Assembly (NCBI GenBank): GCA_038247415.1
Contig: JBBRUX010000013.1
Coordinates: 1 to 64,000, forward strand
Reading direction: 5' to 3'
Source of the DNA: Chitinivibrionales bacterium
GTDB taxonomy: Bacteria > Fibrobacterota > Chitinivibrionia > Chitinivibrionales > WJKA01
DNA length: 64,000 nucleotides
Shown here: positions 1 through 8,922 of the stretch, piece by piece
Position numbering within the stretch: position 1 is the first letter of the stretch
Layout of the letters: every line of letters starts with the position of its first letter
Translations under genes and position numbers: made by a program
The notes under the pieces: generated by a model
Told to the model about the DNA's origin: nothing
The model's database searches: none
Seen by the model: the letters and a program-made list of their open reading frames with translations, nothing else

Positions 1-38
1 ATGTTCACCTCTTGAACATTAATAAGTATACAATCGGC

Positions 39-986
39 TCAGCGTTTACGCAACTTGTTTACTCCAAATGGGTTACTAAGATCTTTTAAACACGATTTTC
101 CCTGAAAAACGTCGTTTGCTTCCATATGTTTGCCTAGAGCATTTAAAGCATCTTGCTTGCTTGTACTCCAGAGGGGGGCAACCAACCCATTGGCAACAGA
201 TGCTGATGCCATAAGTCTATGAATATGTTGATCGGGGCGCATAACTTCGATGCACTTTGAGAGTATTTGTGCATAATCCAAAAGATTGAGTACCTCAAAC
301 GTGCCAGTTCGATACTCTTCACACAAAGGCGTACCTTCTATAACCATAAGCTGGTGAAATTTAACGCCCTGAACGGGCAACTGAGCAAGCTGCTTGGCTG
401 TTGCGAGCATCATTTCCTCGGTTTCCCCGGGAAGCCCTAAAATTATATGCGCTGCTGTTTCGATTCCCCTCGTATGAAGATGTTCTACGGTTTCGCAAAA
501 TTGACTAAACGTATGTCCACGGCGAATGCGTAGCAAGGTACTATCATGTGAAGACTGAAGGCCAAGTTCGACACACAAATAGGTACGAGCATGAACATCT
601 GCACAATAATCATAAATATCTGGGGAAAAGCAATCTGGGCGGGTTCCCACAGAAAGCCCTACAACATCGGGATGATTAATTATTGGTTCGTAGAGATTTT
701 TCAGAACATTGACAGATGCGTAGGTATTTGAATAAGGCTGGAAATAGCCAATAAATTTGCGGAATCGTTTCTTTGATTGCTCAATACCGCTCTCAAGTTG
801 AGCTAGTACCGTGTCGCGAGTAGCGGAAACAGGGCTAAAAGAAGCATTGCTGCAAAAGACGCACCCAAGGGCACCCGAGGTGCCATCACGATTAGGACAC
901 GTAAAACCACCATTGAGGGGAATTGTGCGTATCGGCTCTCCAAACTTTTTTTCGATAAAGGCGCGATACGATGAATAATGCTGCAT
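39..986 (-). CDS. TIGR01212-like (YhcC/YtqA) radical SAM protein
   Basis: GFTCPNRDG...GCVFC motif, YFQPYSNTY, GTRPDC, ELGLQS, HIILGLPGE. Confidence 0.9.
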   Translation of the reverse strand: MQHYSSYRAFIEKKFGEPIRTIPLNGGFTCPNRDGTSGALGCVFCSNASFSPVSATRDTVLAQLESGIEQSKKRFRKFIGYFQPYSNTYASVNVLKNLYEPIINHPDVVGLSVGTRPDCFSPDIYDYCADVHARTYLCVELGLQSSHDSTLLRIRRGHTFSQFCETVEHLHTRGIETAAHIILGLPGETEEMMLATAKQLAQLPVQGVKFHQLMVIEGTPLCEEYRTGTFEVLNLLDYAQILSKCIEVMRPDQHIHRLMASASVANGLVAPLWSTSKQDALNALGKHMEANDVFQGKSCLKDLSNPFGVNKLRKR

Positions 987-1010
987 TCATCCTCAATATC
1001 TTAGTATGTG

Positions 1011-2078
1011 CTACTTTTTTCCTTTTGCACGAAGCTTGGCAGCAGCCTTGAAATCGGGCTCGGTATTATCCGTTGGGGCTAAATCACTCAGGTCGCTAGA
1101 AACGTTCAGGTTGCCGACATCCATATGCCCAACTGTGCCGGTGTCTTCATCCCTTTTCATCTTTTGCATTTCGTCGTGCGGGGACGTTGCGGTTGACGTT
1201 GAAGTTGAAGATGACTTGGTATTTTTATATTTATCGGGATTATCTATTTTATCGATTCTCTTTTGTAAACTTTCCTTTTGCAAAACATCATCGGCATACA
1301 CCAAAGCGCTCTGATAGATTTTCTTTGCGTCGTTTTTGTTGCCCATCTCCTCAAGCATGCTTCCTAAATCATCGTAGCATTCGAGAAGTGCCGGGGTAAT
1401 GGCGATAGCTGCCCTAAAATTCTTTTCTGCAAGATCATACTTTTTTTCCTGTTTCCAATTAATCTTGCCCAATTCATGCAATGCATCGGCATTATTGGCA
1501 TCTGCATCAATTACTGCTTGCAAATACGCTTTTGCTTCTGGGGATCGTTCTTTAGTAACAAGCAAGCGGGCCAGGTTGACAGCAGCAGGCCCATTTTTAC
1601 TATCGATAGATAAAATTTCTTTGTATTGCGAAATAGCTTCGTTGGCTTTATTGACATTGAAATACATTGAGGCTAAATTGAGCCGCGCTGAAATATTTTG
1701 CGGCTCGAGATTTATCGCACGAGTAAACGCCTCAATTGCCCGTCCGTTTTCATTAGTATTTTGATACGCAACTCCCATATTGGCCCATACTGCGCCACTG
1801 CTTGGGTTCATTCCAGAAGCTTTGCGCAATTCTTCTAAAGCATTCTGATTTCGCCCAGAATTAAGATAGGCGAACCCAAGATTAAATTGCGCCTCGAAAT
1901 TGGATGGGTCGCGCATGAGAACTTTTTTAAAAGTTGGGATTGCCTGTGCGTAGGCCCCATTACGAAGAAGATCTTGTCCTGCGCTCATGAGATCTTCTGT
2001 TGATTGTGCGCGAGGCAGGCAGAATAAGCCCGCTACAAGAAGCGACAATACCAAACGATGAGTACACACCTGACGCAT
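1011..2078 (-). CDS. Exported tetratricopeptide-repeat protein
   Basis: Signal-peptide-like N-terminus from MRQV (AAGGAG upstream); multiple TPR units (AQFNLGFAY, VWANMGVAY, ARLNLASMY). Confidence 0.85.
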   Translation of the reverse strand: MRQVCTHRLVLSLLVAGLFCLPRAQSTEDLMSAGQDLLRNGAYAQAIPTFKKVLMRDPSNFEAQFNLGFAYLNSGRNQNALEELRKASGMNPSSGAVWANMGVAYQNTNENGRAIEAFTRAINLEPQNISARLNLASMYFNVNKANEAISQYKEILSIDSKNGPAAVNLARLLVTKERSPEAKAYLQAVIDADANNADALHELGKINWKQEKKYDLAEKNFRAAIAITPALLECYDDLGSMLEEMGNKNDAKKIYQSALVYADDVLQKESLQKRIDKIDNPDKYKNTKSSSTSTSTATSPHDEMQKMKRDEDTGTVGHMDVGNLNVSSDLSDLAPTDNTEPDFKAAAKLRAKGKK

Positions 2079-2251
2079 ACAATCTCCTTTGCCTGACACC
2101 TTCAGGGCTTGGAATTCGATTGGGGCATTGTGGCAATTTACTATTACTATATATATAAATTATATCAGGACGCAAAATCTGCAACAAAACCCTGTAATTC
2201 ATGGTATTGATCTTTTTCTTACGATTTTTTTGTAAAATATTGTTTTTTTTC

Positions 2252-2279
2252 TAAAGCACATACCGATTCGTGCCGATAG
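2252..2279 (+). promoter_or_regulatory. Sigma28 (FliA/SigD)-type promoter of flagellin, distal
   Basis: TAAA-N16-GCCGATAG upstream of flagellin; matches the sigma28 consensus. Confidence 0.8.
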
Positions 2280-2366
2280 ATAAGATAGGAGATACTTTGA
2301 TGTTGCTATAAAGACAGTTTCATTATGTCTTTTTAGAGAAAAGTACTTAAATATTCTAGTAAAAAT

Positions 2367-2393
2367 TCAAGTGACTCTTTGTTTTGTCGATGA
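2367..2393 (+). promoter_or_regulatory. Second, proximal sigma28-like promoter
   Basis: TCAA-N15-GTCGATGA, a degenerate match. Confidence 0.5.
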
Positions 2394-2427
2394 TTTAAAG
2401 AGGGGGATCTCTAAAAAAGTATCCCTT

Positions 2428-2550
2428 TAGCCACAAGGACGCTTGGCTAGCGTAGAGGAACCATACTACTACTAATAATAGTATGTGTTTCAATACATTT
2501 TTCGCCCTTTTTAAACGAAGGGCACACTCAAACCCCAACAAGGACGTTGG
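2428..2550 (+). promoter_or_regulatory. Two CsrA-type GGA-loop hairpins in the flagellin leader
   Basis: TAGCCA-CAAGGACGCT-TGGCTA (2428-2449) and CCAAC-AAGGAC-GTTGG (2535-2550); the second covers the SD, 3 nt before the ATG. Confidence 0.7.
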
Positions 2551-2553
2551 CTT

Positions 2554-3720
2554 ATGAGAATCAATCATAATATTGCGGCCATGGTCACCCAGGGTTCACT
2601 CTTTACCGTGAATCGTGACCTTGGAAAGTCTATCCAGAAATTATCTACAGGATTGCGCATCAATGCCGCTGGAGATGACGCTGCTGGATTGGGCGTATCT
2701 GAAAACCTTCGCAAACAAGTTCGTGGTATGGGCCAAGCATCTAAGAATGCGCAAGATGCCATTTCGCTGCTCAATGTTGCTGATGGAGCTCTTGGTGAAC
2801 AATCGACAATACTGCAACGTATGCGTGAACTTGTCATCCAAGCCAAAAACGATACCTATACCTCTACTGAACGTGGGTATATGGGGCGAGAGTTCTCTGC
2901 CCTTAAAGATGAATTAGATCGAATAGCTGCGGTAACCAATTTTAATGGTATGCGCATTTTTGCCAATCCCGACGCCGATGGGGAGGTTGGAATATACTCG
3001 TCTACATTTAGAGGTGGTCCTCCGCATAGAACCCAATTTTCCAATGATGTTTTTACAAACGCTAACGACTCTGTTTTTGGGGCAGCGGATACATCCTCAT
3101 CTACCCATTTCAACATGATGATTGGCGCGAACTATACAGCAACAGATGCTGCAGCCACTATCAGTAACCGTGAAGCCTGGAACCCCAATGCAGAAAATAT
3201 GATCACCATTCAGTTTGGTCAAATGAATGCACGTGGTATTTTAAGCAAAAACCCAGGGGCTATAGAAACTATCGATCCTGATCATATCGTAGATGATTTT
3301 AGTTGGGATCCCACCAATGATATTGGCGACATGGTAATAGATGTTATGACTGGTGTGGGCACTGCAACAGCTAAAAACAAACTTGACCTCTACCTCGACC
3401 TTATTGACGGGGGAGAAAATGTTGACCCGCTTCTGAACACAGCGCTTTACAATGGTGATCAAAACATCACTGGCCTAGAACGCATCAGTACCATGCGCGC
3501 TAAGATTGGTGCTATGGTAAATCGTTTGGAACATACGGTAACAAACCTCCAGAACTCAATAAATAACACACAAGCGGCCGAATCGGTTATTCGGGATGCA
3601 GATTTTGCTCAAGAATCTGCAACTTTTACTCGGAATCAAATTCTAACTCAATCGGCAACTTCAATGCTTTCACAAGCAAACATGGTATCCCAGGGAGTTC
3701 TCTCGCTCTTACAGCGATAA
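2554..3720 (+). CDS. fliC: Flagellin
   Basis: MRINHNI..., KLSTGLRINAAGDDAAGL, LQRMRELVIQA; C-terminal RAKIGAMVNRLEH...IRDADFAQE...QANMVSQGVLSLL. Confidence 0.97.
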   Translation: MRINHNIAAMVTQGSLFTVNRDLGKSIQKLSTGLRINAAGDDAAGLGVSENLRKQVRGMGQASKNAQDAISLLNVADGALGEQSTILQRMRELVIQAKNDTYTSTERGYMGREFSALKDELDRIAAVTNFNGMRIFANPDADGEVGIYSSTFRGGPPHRTQFSNDVFTNANDSVFGAADTSSSTHFNMMIGANYTATDAAATISNREAWNPNAENMITIQFGQMNARGILSKNPGAIETIDPDHIVDDFSWDPTNDIGDMVIDVMTGVGTATAKNKLDLYLDLIDGGENVDPLLNTALYNGDQNITGLERISTMRAKIGAMVNRLEHTVTNLQNSINNTQAAESVIRDADFAQESATFTRNQILTQSATSMLSQANMVSQGVLSLLQR

Positions 3721-3742
3721 GCGCAGGTATACTTAATTTTTT

Positions 3743-3783
3743 AGAGCTGTACCCCTCGTGGGTATGGCTCTTTTGTATTTTTT
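3743..3783 (+). terminator. Intrinsic terminator after flagellin
   Basis: AGAGCTGTACCC-ctcgt-GGGTATGGCTCT stem (two G-U pairs) followed by TTTGTATTTTTT. Confidence 0.7.
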
Positions 3784-3787
3784 ATAT

Positions 3788-4624
3788 ATGCTAACATTTT
3801 CAATTGGATCGCTCAATTTTCTGATCGAAGGAAATATTCCCAACGAAGCGTATTTGGCGCTTGATCCTTGGGTAAATACTATACCCAGCGCACATTGGAC
3901 AATTTCTGTTAAAACCGGGGATATCCCCTTAATACCCCCAGAATCTCTTTCTCAACGGGGCGATTTCTGGTATTTTGAAAATGATTATGCCCATGGATTT
4001 TTATGCCAATTGCTATTCTGTTCGATTTCAATACCCGATAAAACCATTAGCATGTGGCCACTTCAAAACGAATCCCCCCTCTTAGCTCTTTCTGAAATTA
4101 TTAAGCATGCCGTTTCTATTGCAGCCCTTGAAGCTGGCGGATTTCTTTTTCATAGTTCTGCCTTATACCGACCTGGGTATGGTGCGTGCGGTTTTTTTGG
4201 TGGATCTGGTGTGGGCAAATCTACCATTCACAAACTTTTACAGCCCTCATGGTTGCCGCTTCATGACGAATTCAATGTAATTTTAAGAAATAGCACTACG
4301 TACTCTATCTATTCGACGCCTTTATCGGGAAGAGGTGTTTTTTCGGATTGCAAACCGTATGATGCTCCACTTAGACGCTGTTTTAGACTTAAAAAAGGTG
4401 TTGCAAACAATCTCGATTCGTTACATAAAAGTGAATATACCCTCGTGCTGGCCAAAGAAGTTGTACTATTGCCCTCAGATAATAACCAAGGAGCACTGTT
4501 TTTAGATACTATCGCATCATTTACATTAGCCATTCCAGCAGATGACCTTACTGTTGCAAAAAACGATCGTTTTGAACCGTGGTTTTCATCTTTGATTTTA
4601 GGAGAAGCCCAGCCATGTATATAA
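3788..4624 (+). CDS. HprK-related P-loop kinase (RiPP-cassette type)
   Basis: GGFLFHSSAL...GGSGVGKST...LHDEFNVI...YSTPLSG: the H-x-S, Walker A and DD/DE layout of HprK-like kinases; start placed at ATG 3788, after the terminator. Confidence 0.7.
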   Translation: MLTFSIGSLNFLIEGNIPNEAYLALDPWVNTIPSAHWTISVKTGDIPLIPPESLSQRGDFWYFENDYAHGFLCQLLFCSISIPDKTISMWPLQNESPLLALSEIIKHAVSIAALEAGGFLFHSSALYRPGYGACGFFGGSGVGKSTIHKLLQPSWLPLHDEFNVILRNSTTYSIYSTPLSGRGVFSDCKPYDAPLRRCFRLKKGVANNLDSLHKSEYTLVLAKEVVLLPSDNNQGALFLDTIASFTLAIPADDLTVAKNDRFEPWFSSLILGEAQPCI

Positions 4625-4884
4625 CAACTGCAAACCTTTCAATGAGAACCATTGAAGATGAAAACTTTATTCTTAATCGTGCAGATTCGGTATTACATGC
4701 TCTTAACCCAACCGCAGCACTCATGTGGGATGCTATTCAAAACCAAAACACCCCACATGAAATTGCTCAAAAAATTGTGGACACCTTTGAAGTATCTTTT
4801 GAAGAAGCACTGAGTGACACCCGAACATTTTTATCTGAGTGCGAAAAAAAAGGTCTGATCTCATTTACAGAAACACCCTTATGA
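4615..4884 (+). CDS. PqqD-family RiPP recognition element (RRE)
   Basis: About 89 aa; LNPTAALMWDAI...EIAQKIVDTFEVSFEEALSDTRTFLSECEKKGLI; AGGAG before ATG 4615. Confidence 0.9.
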   Translation: MYITTANLSMRTIEDENFILNRADSVLHALNPTAALMWDAIQNQNTPHEIAQKIVDTFEVSFEEALSDTRTFLSECEKKGLISFTETPL

Positions 4885-6032
4885 ATTCAAGCTCTTTACG
4901 GGAAAGATTTGAAAATCTTGGAGCACAAAGCCGCCCCGTATATGGCTCTATCGAAATTACCAACACCTGCAATGCGCACTGTCGATACTGCTATATCGAT
5001 TCGGAATCGGCCCAACCCGAACTTTCAGGCGCCACGTGGATACAAATTATTGACAAACTCTACGATAGCGGCGTTATGTTTTTGCATATTACAGGTGGGG
5101 AGGTTTTTTTACACCCCGAAGTTTTAAAAATCCTTGACTATGCTTGTAGCAAGGACTTTTTTCATATTAAAATTTTTACAAATGGCACATGCCTGCAACC
5201 GGAACATTTCGATTTTCTCGGTGCTCATGCAAAATTCATTACCTATATTCAAGTATCCATTTTCTCCCACCACGCAAAAATTCATGACGAGTATACCGGA
5301 GTGCCAGGGGGCCTGGATTCAATCATCAAAACTGCAGCACGATTGCAAAGTTTTGGCATTAGAACCATTGCTATGTACAACCTCCTCCCATCCAATATTG
5401 ACGAAATGAACCAAGCAAAATCATGGTTACAATCCAACGGATTAGAAGTGTACTTTGGCCTGCTCAAAATCAAGCCATTTAAAGAGCGCTACTCCCCAGA
5501 AAACCAGGTAGCGCAGACGCCCGAATTCTTGAAAACATTTTTTTCCCACTCTGGACCGCAATTCAGGGATGACCATAGAAATCTTTATAATAATCGAAAT
5601 GCCAATGGCAATAAGGCGGCTCTTCTTTGCAAAGAAATGGCACTTTCCATAACTGTCGATGCGCACGGGGACCTCTACCCCTGCAATACATTTAGGAAAA
5701 AATCATTTGGATCGATTTTTGACAAACGTCCATTGCAAACAATCCTTGCTGAAAGCACCCCTCGCGCCCATTTAGTAGCAATGACTCATGGCTCTATTGC
5801 CAAATGCGCCCAGTGCGAGCATTTTGGATTTTGTGCAATTTGCCCAGCTCTCATGAATGATGAGGACGAAGCCATGGTTAACCCACCAACACTAGCCTGC
5901 GCCATTGCAGAAACTGTCAAAGAAATTGCCACAACACCTTACGAACGAACACCCCTCGCCAGTCAAAACACATCTCTGCCAGATGCACAAGCAATCTGTA
6001 AAGGAGCATCTCATGACATTGGCTCGAACTAA
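4881..6032 (+). CDS. Radical SAM/SPASM domain peptide maturase
   Basis: CNAHCRYC, TGGE, FTNG; SPASM C...ITVDAHGDLYPC...CAQCEHFGFCAICP...C; ATGA overlap with the RRE stop. Confidence 0.9.
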   Translation: MNSSSLRERFENLGAQSRPVYGSIEITNTCNAHCRYCYIDSESAQPELSGATWIQIIDKLYDSGVMFLHITGGEVFLHPEVLKILDYACSKDFFHIKIFTNGTCLQPEHFDFLGAHAKFITYIQVSIFSHHAKIHDEYTGVPGGLDSIIKTAARLQSFGIRTIAMYNLLPSNIDEMNQAKSWLQSNGLEVYFGLLKIKPFKERYSPENQVAQTPEFLKTFFSHSGPQFRDDHRNLYNNRNANGNKAALLCKEMALSITVDAHGDLYPCNTFRKKSFGSIFDKRPLQTILAESTPRAHLVAMTHGSIAKCAQCEHFGFCAICPALMNDEDEAMVNPPTLACAIAETVKEIATTPYERTPLASQNTSLPDAQAICKGASHDIGSN

Positions 6033-6396
6033 TGCTCTTTCAGATTTTTTATTTGATACACCATCATGCCATGTGGTTTTAGGCACATCGATGCTGCCTG
6101 CATTATGTCATAGGGAAAAGGTACCCCTCATACGCCATACGAATCTCTTTCCTGGCAAATGTTATGCGTTTGTTTTAAATGGCACGGTCATTGTACATCG
6201 ATTAATTGCGCTCAGCAAAAACCAATGCCTATTTTCTGGAGATAACACACGACGTTTTGAGAATGTGCCACGCACAGATATAGTTGCTCAAGTAGATATG
6301 CGGGAATCCTTCATATATATTTGGATACTTGTTCATTTAAAGTACCTTCATGCATTATTTTTAACATTTGTTAAAAATAAAAACCCTCTCTTCTAA
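6013..6396 (+). CDS. S24/S26-family peptidase
   Basis: GTSMLPAL (catalytic Ser), VIVHRLI, FSGDN; AAGGAG before ATG 6013. Confidence 0.7.
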   Translation: MTLARTNALSDFLFDTPSCHVVLGTSMLPALCHREKVPLIRHTNLFPGKCYAFVLNGTVIVHRLIALSKNQCLFSGDNTRRFENVPRTDIVAQVDMRESFIYIWILVHLKYLHALFLTFVKNKNPLF

Positions 6397-6424
6397 AAAC
6401 TGATTGCCAACAGGAGTGATACCT

Positions 6425-6586
6425 TTGAAAAGAATCTATGAAAAACCTCTTATTATATCCGAATCCATTTCGCTTCATTCACTTCGTGCTGCCCAATGCT
6501 GCATCAAAGTTAACCTGACAGCTGTCCTTGGTCCCGCCAATGGCGTTTGCCACTGCGCTTGTCCGACCTTGCTACCGTCACAATAA
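6425..6586 (+). CDS. Putative RiPP precursor peptide, 53 aa, 5 Cys
   Basis: AGGAG (6412-6416) then TTG 6425; MKRIYEKPLIISESISLHSLRAAQCCIKVNLTAVLGPANGVCHCACPTLLPSQ; YxxP leader motif; last gene of the RRE/rSAM operon. Confidence 0.7.
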   Translation: MKRIYEKPLIISESISLHSLRAAQCCIKVNLTAVLGPANGVCHCACPTLLPSQ

Positions 6587-7399
6587 TAAAAGCTCTATCA
6601 ACCGCTTGATTCTTTGCCTTATAAGTGCAATCGGCTGTCGAACACAAGGGGCTTCGTATGCTAATCTTCGCAGCACATACGGCATTTCCTGATACCATCC
6701 GCGCTGATACATCCATGCAAGAAAAATGCTGTGCCGAGCTTTGGAAGGAATACATGCATCTGCATTTTTTATTTTTTCGTAAAGTAGTACTACAAAACAC
6801 GCAAACTTATAGATGCCGGCTTTCCTAATACGATTCCAGAATTCCTGCCACGAAAATCCAGACAGAGTAGAAATCAATGCTATTTCATCGGCGAGTGTTT
6901 CAGAAATTTCAAAAGGTACATGAACGAGCGCATGACAGACAAGAATACAGAGAGCATCTACTGGATCTAATGCATACTCAGAACCATTCTGATGTTTCGC
7001 TCTTTCAAAAAGATTCTGCGTTTTAATGAGAAATCTTTCCGGATAATTAAGTTGTGTATGAAGCTCTACACAAACCCACCCTTCTGCAACAGGAATAAAA
7101 AAACTCCGCTCAAAAGACCAGATATTTGGTTTTTCAATAGTTTCTGGAATATTCAGTAATGCGTTGGAGGCCCGATGAAAATCTTCAGGATTAACAAGAA
7201 TATCGATGTCAACCATTTTTCTATTTTTCAATCGACCTGCTAATTTACATTGTATAAGGAAAGCACCCTTGATTGGCAAATATTTTATTCTGTTTTTAAA
7301 AAACGAAGTATGCAAAATATCAAGAACATCGGCATAAATGATCTGCCGTGCCACCCACGAAGAATTTTTGGATACTATTGATTGTTCGAACTGTTTCAT
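6578..7399 (-). CDS. Nucleotidyltransferase family protein (NTP_transf_5-like)
   Basis: LPIKGAFL...RKMVDIDILV...VELHTQL...LVCHALVH. Confidence 0.8.
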   Translation of the reverse strand: MKQFEQSIVSKNSSWVARQIIYADVLDILHTSFFKNRIKYLPIKGAFLIQCKLAGRLKNRKMVDIDILVNPEDFHRASNALLNIPETIEKPNIWSFERSFFIPVAEGWVCVELHTQLNYPERFLIKTQNLFERAKHQNGSEYALDPVDALCILVCHALVHVPFEISETLADEIALISTLSGFSWQEFWNRIRKAGIYKFACFVVLLYEKIKNADACIPSKARHSIFLAWMYQRGWYQEMPYVLRRLAYEAPCVRQPIALIRQRIKRLIELLLL

Positions 7400-8583
7400 A
7401 TAAAAGCCTTAGTGCGCTCTGCAAGCTTATCGCACAGCGGAATTATCAACACACAGAAAAAGAGCATGCAATATTGTGAATACCAAACAATACCGTACCC
7501 TCCGCTTGCTTGCGAGAGCACGGCAAGAATTATCCACGGTATTCCCTGTATGAGCGTGCATGAAATTAACAAAGACGACAGGGATTCCTTGAGATTTACA
7601 ATTTGCCATATCATAACAATAAGTCCTGCTACGCACGCGATAGCCGCAGCATGTAAAGATCCATCCATGGAAGAATTCAGTTTAGAGAATATATGAAATG
7701 GGGAAACAGAAAAATCTTGACCCATAAATGCAGGCGCTATGAAAAATATTATAGAAAAAACTAAAATCCCTCCGTAGATGATGAGCCATCTCCGAGGCAA
7801 AAAAAAGCGCGAATATGCTAGTATGAGCGGGACCAATACTATAAAATTTATTCGTGATGAACAGGCGATTCCGCACATCAGGAAGGAAACGATTACCAAA
7901 ATTCTATTAGATTGTGCATGCTTAAGAACTGCGCTCAAAATTATAAGGGCACAGAAAACATAAAGACCATTTGCCAACAAATCGTCTCCAGTACAAAGCG
8001 CGCGTAAAATAGGAACAGCCGCTAATGCACTACCGATTGCTAGAATAATTCTGCTATCCGCTTTTCCTTTGCGTAACAATAATAGCACTATCGTGACAAA
8101 AATCCAGAAACTATTCTGCAGTTCAATATGATTGCTCAGAACAAAGGGGGCTGCAATAAGAAGTGCCCCAGGAAGTGGGGAAAGAGCATTTCCCAGATAC
8201 GTTTTTTGATTATACGGATTCTCTCCACGCAATAAAGAGTGACCCCCAGCTACAAGCGCATCATCACGATCACATCCGCCATGAATTCCAATTTGTCCAG
8301 AAGGATAAAAAACAAGGGGAACAATAACGAGAGCACTACCCAGCAAAACCCAGAGCGTACTAGCTACTGCCCGATGTCTGATAATTGTTTGGATCACTTT
8401 TACATGGACGCACGTGATTGCAAGAGCCAAACTTGTTCCCACCGCAAAGCATACTAATCCTGGCAGCTGGAAATACTTTACAATTTGTTGTGCAGAAACC
8501 AGAACAATGCCAGAAACAAGAAGCCACAATTCCCCCATACCCGCTCTGCGAAAATAAGAAAGAAAAAAACGTGGCATGTTCAC
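7396..8583 (-). CDS. Polytopic membrane protein, possibly a GT-C glycosyltransferase
   Basis: About 10 hydrophobic segments; DRDDAL...LLRGENPY...PLPGALL loop resembles GT-C enzymes. Confidence 0.5.
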   Translation of the reverse strand: MNMPRFFLSYFRRAGMGELWLLVSGIVLVSAQQIVKYFQLPGLVCFAVGTSLALAITCVHVKVIQTIIRHRAVASTLWVLLGSALVIVPLVFYPSGQIGIHGGCDRDDALVAGGHSLLRGENPYNQKTYLGNALSPLPGALLIAAPFVLSNHIELQNSFWIFVTIVLLLLRKGKADSRIILAIGSALAAVPILRALCTGDDLLANGLYVFCALIILSAVLKHAQSNRILVIVSFLMCGIACSSRINFIVLVPLILAYSRFFLPRRWLIIYGGILVFSIIFFIAPAFMGQDFSVSPFHIFSKLNSSMDGSLHAAAIACVAGLIVMIWQIVNLKESLSSLLISCTLIQGIPWIILAVLSQASGGYGIVWYSQYCMLFFCVLIIPLCDKLAERTKAFI

Positions 8584-8885
8584 GTGGAATAATCCGTTGA
8601 TACTTCTGGAAAGTTTTCTTTTTGCACTTGTTTAATAATGCGATAAATATGCACTGTTGAAATACGATACTGTTTGGAAATTTGCGCAATAGCCAAACCG
8701 GATTTTGAAAGCCTGGCAATCTCCTGATTGCGCTTTTCGTTCCTCTTAGAAACTGGCGCTATGCCATATTTAATGCGCAATCGGTGTATCTGCTGTCGTG
8801 GAATACCAAACAGCGCTCCTACCGAAGCATCGGTAGGATATCGCTTTTGCAGCTTGAGTAGTTGATCTTTAGAAATGCGGGGCAT
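8580..8885 (-). CDS. Small basic helix-turn-helix DNA-binding protein
   Basis: Two HTH-like segments (VGALFGIPRQQIHRLR; IAQISKQYRISTVHIYRII). Confidence 0.6.
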   Translation of the reverse strand: MPRISKDQLLKLQKRYPTDASVGALFGIPRQQIHRLRIKYGIAPVSKRNEKRNQEIARLSKSGLAIAQISKQYRISTVHIYRIIKQVQKENFPEVSTDYST

Positions 8886-8922
8886 AGACGCCTATCTTTA
8901 GTCAACACAATCTGATTAATCA

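Noticed and set aside
1..13. Reverse-strand AAGAGGTGAAC-AT, a possible SD and start of a gene leaving the window
   Set aside because: The coding sequence is outside the window and cannot be supported.
3788..7399. Lasso peptide or PQQ biosynthesis interpretation of the cassette
   Set aside because: No asparagine-synthetase-like cyclase or B2 protease and no pqqB/pqqC; the peptide lacks the PqqA ExxxY motif and has no Asp/Glu in the predicted core.
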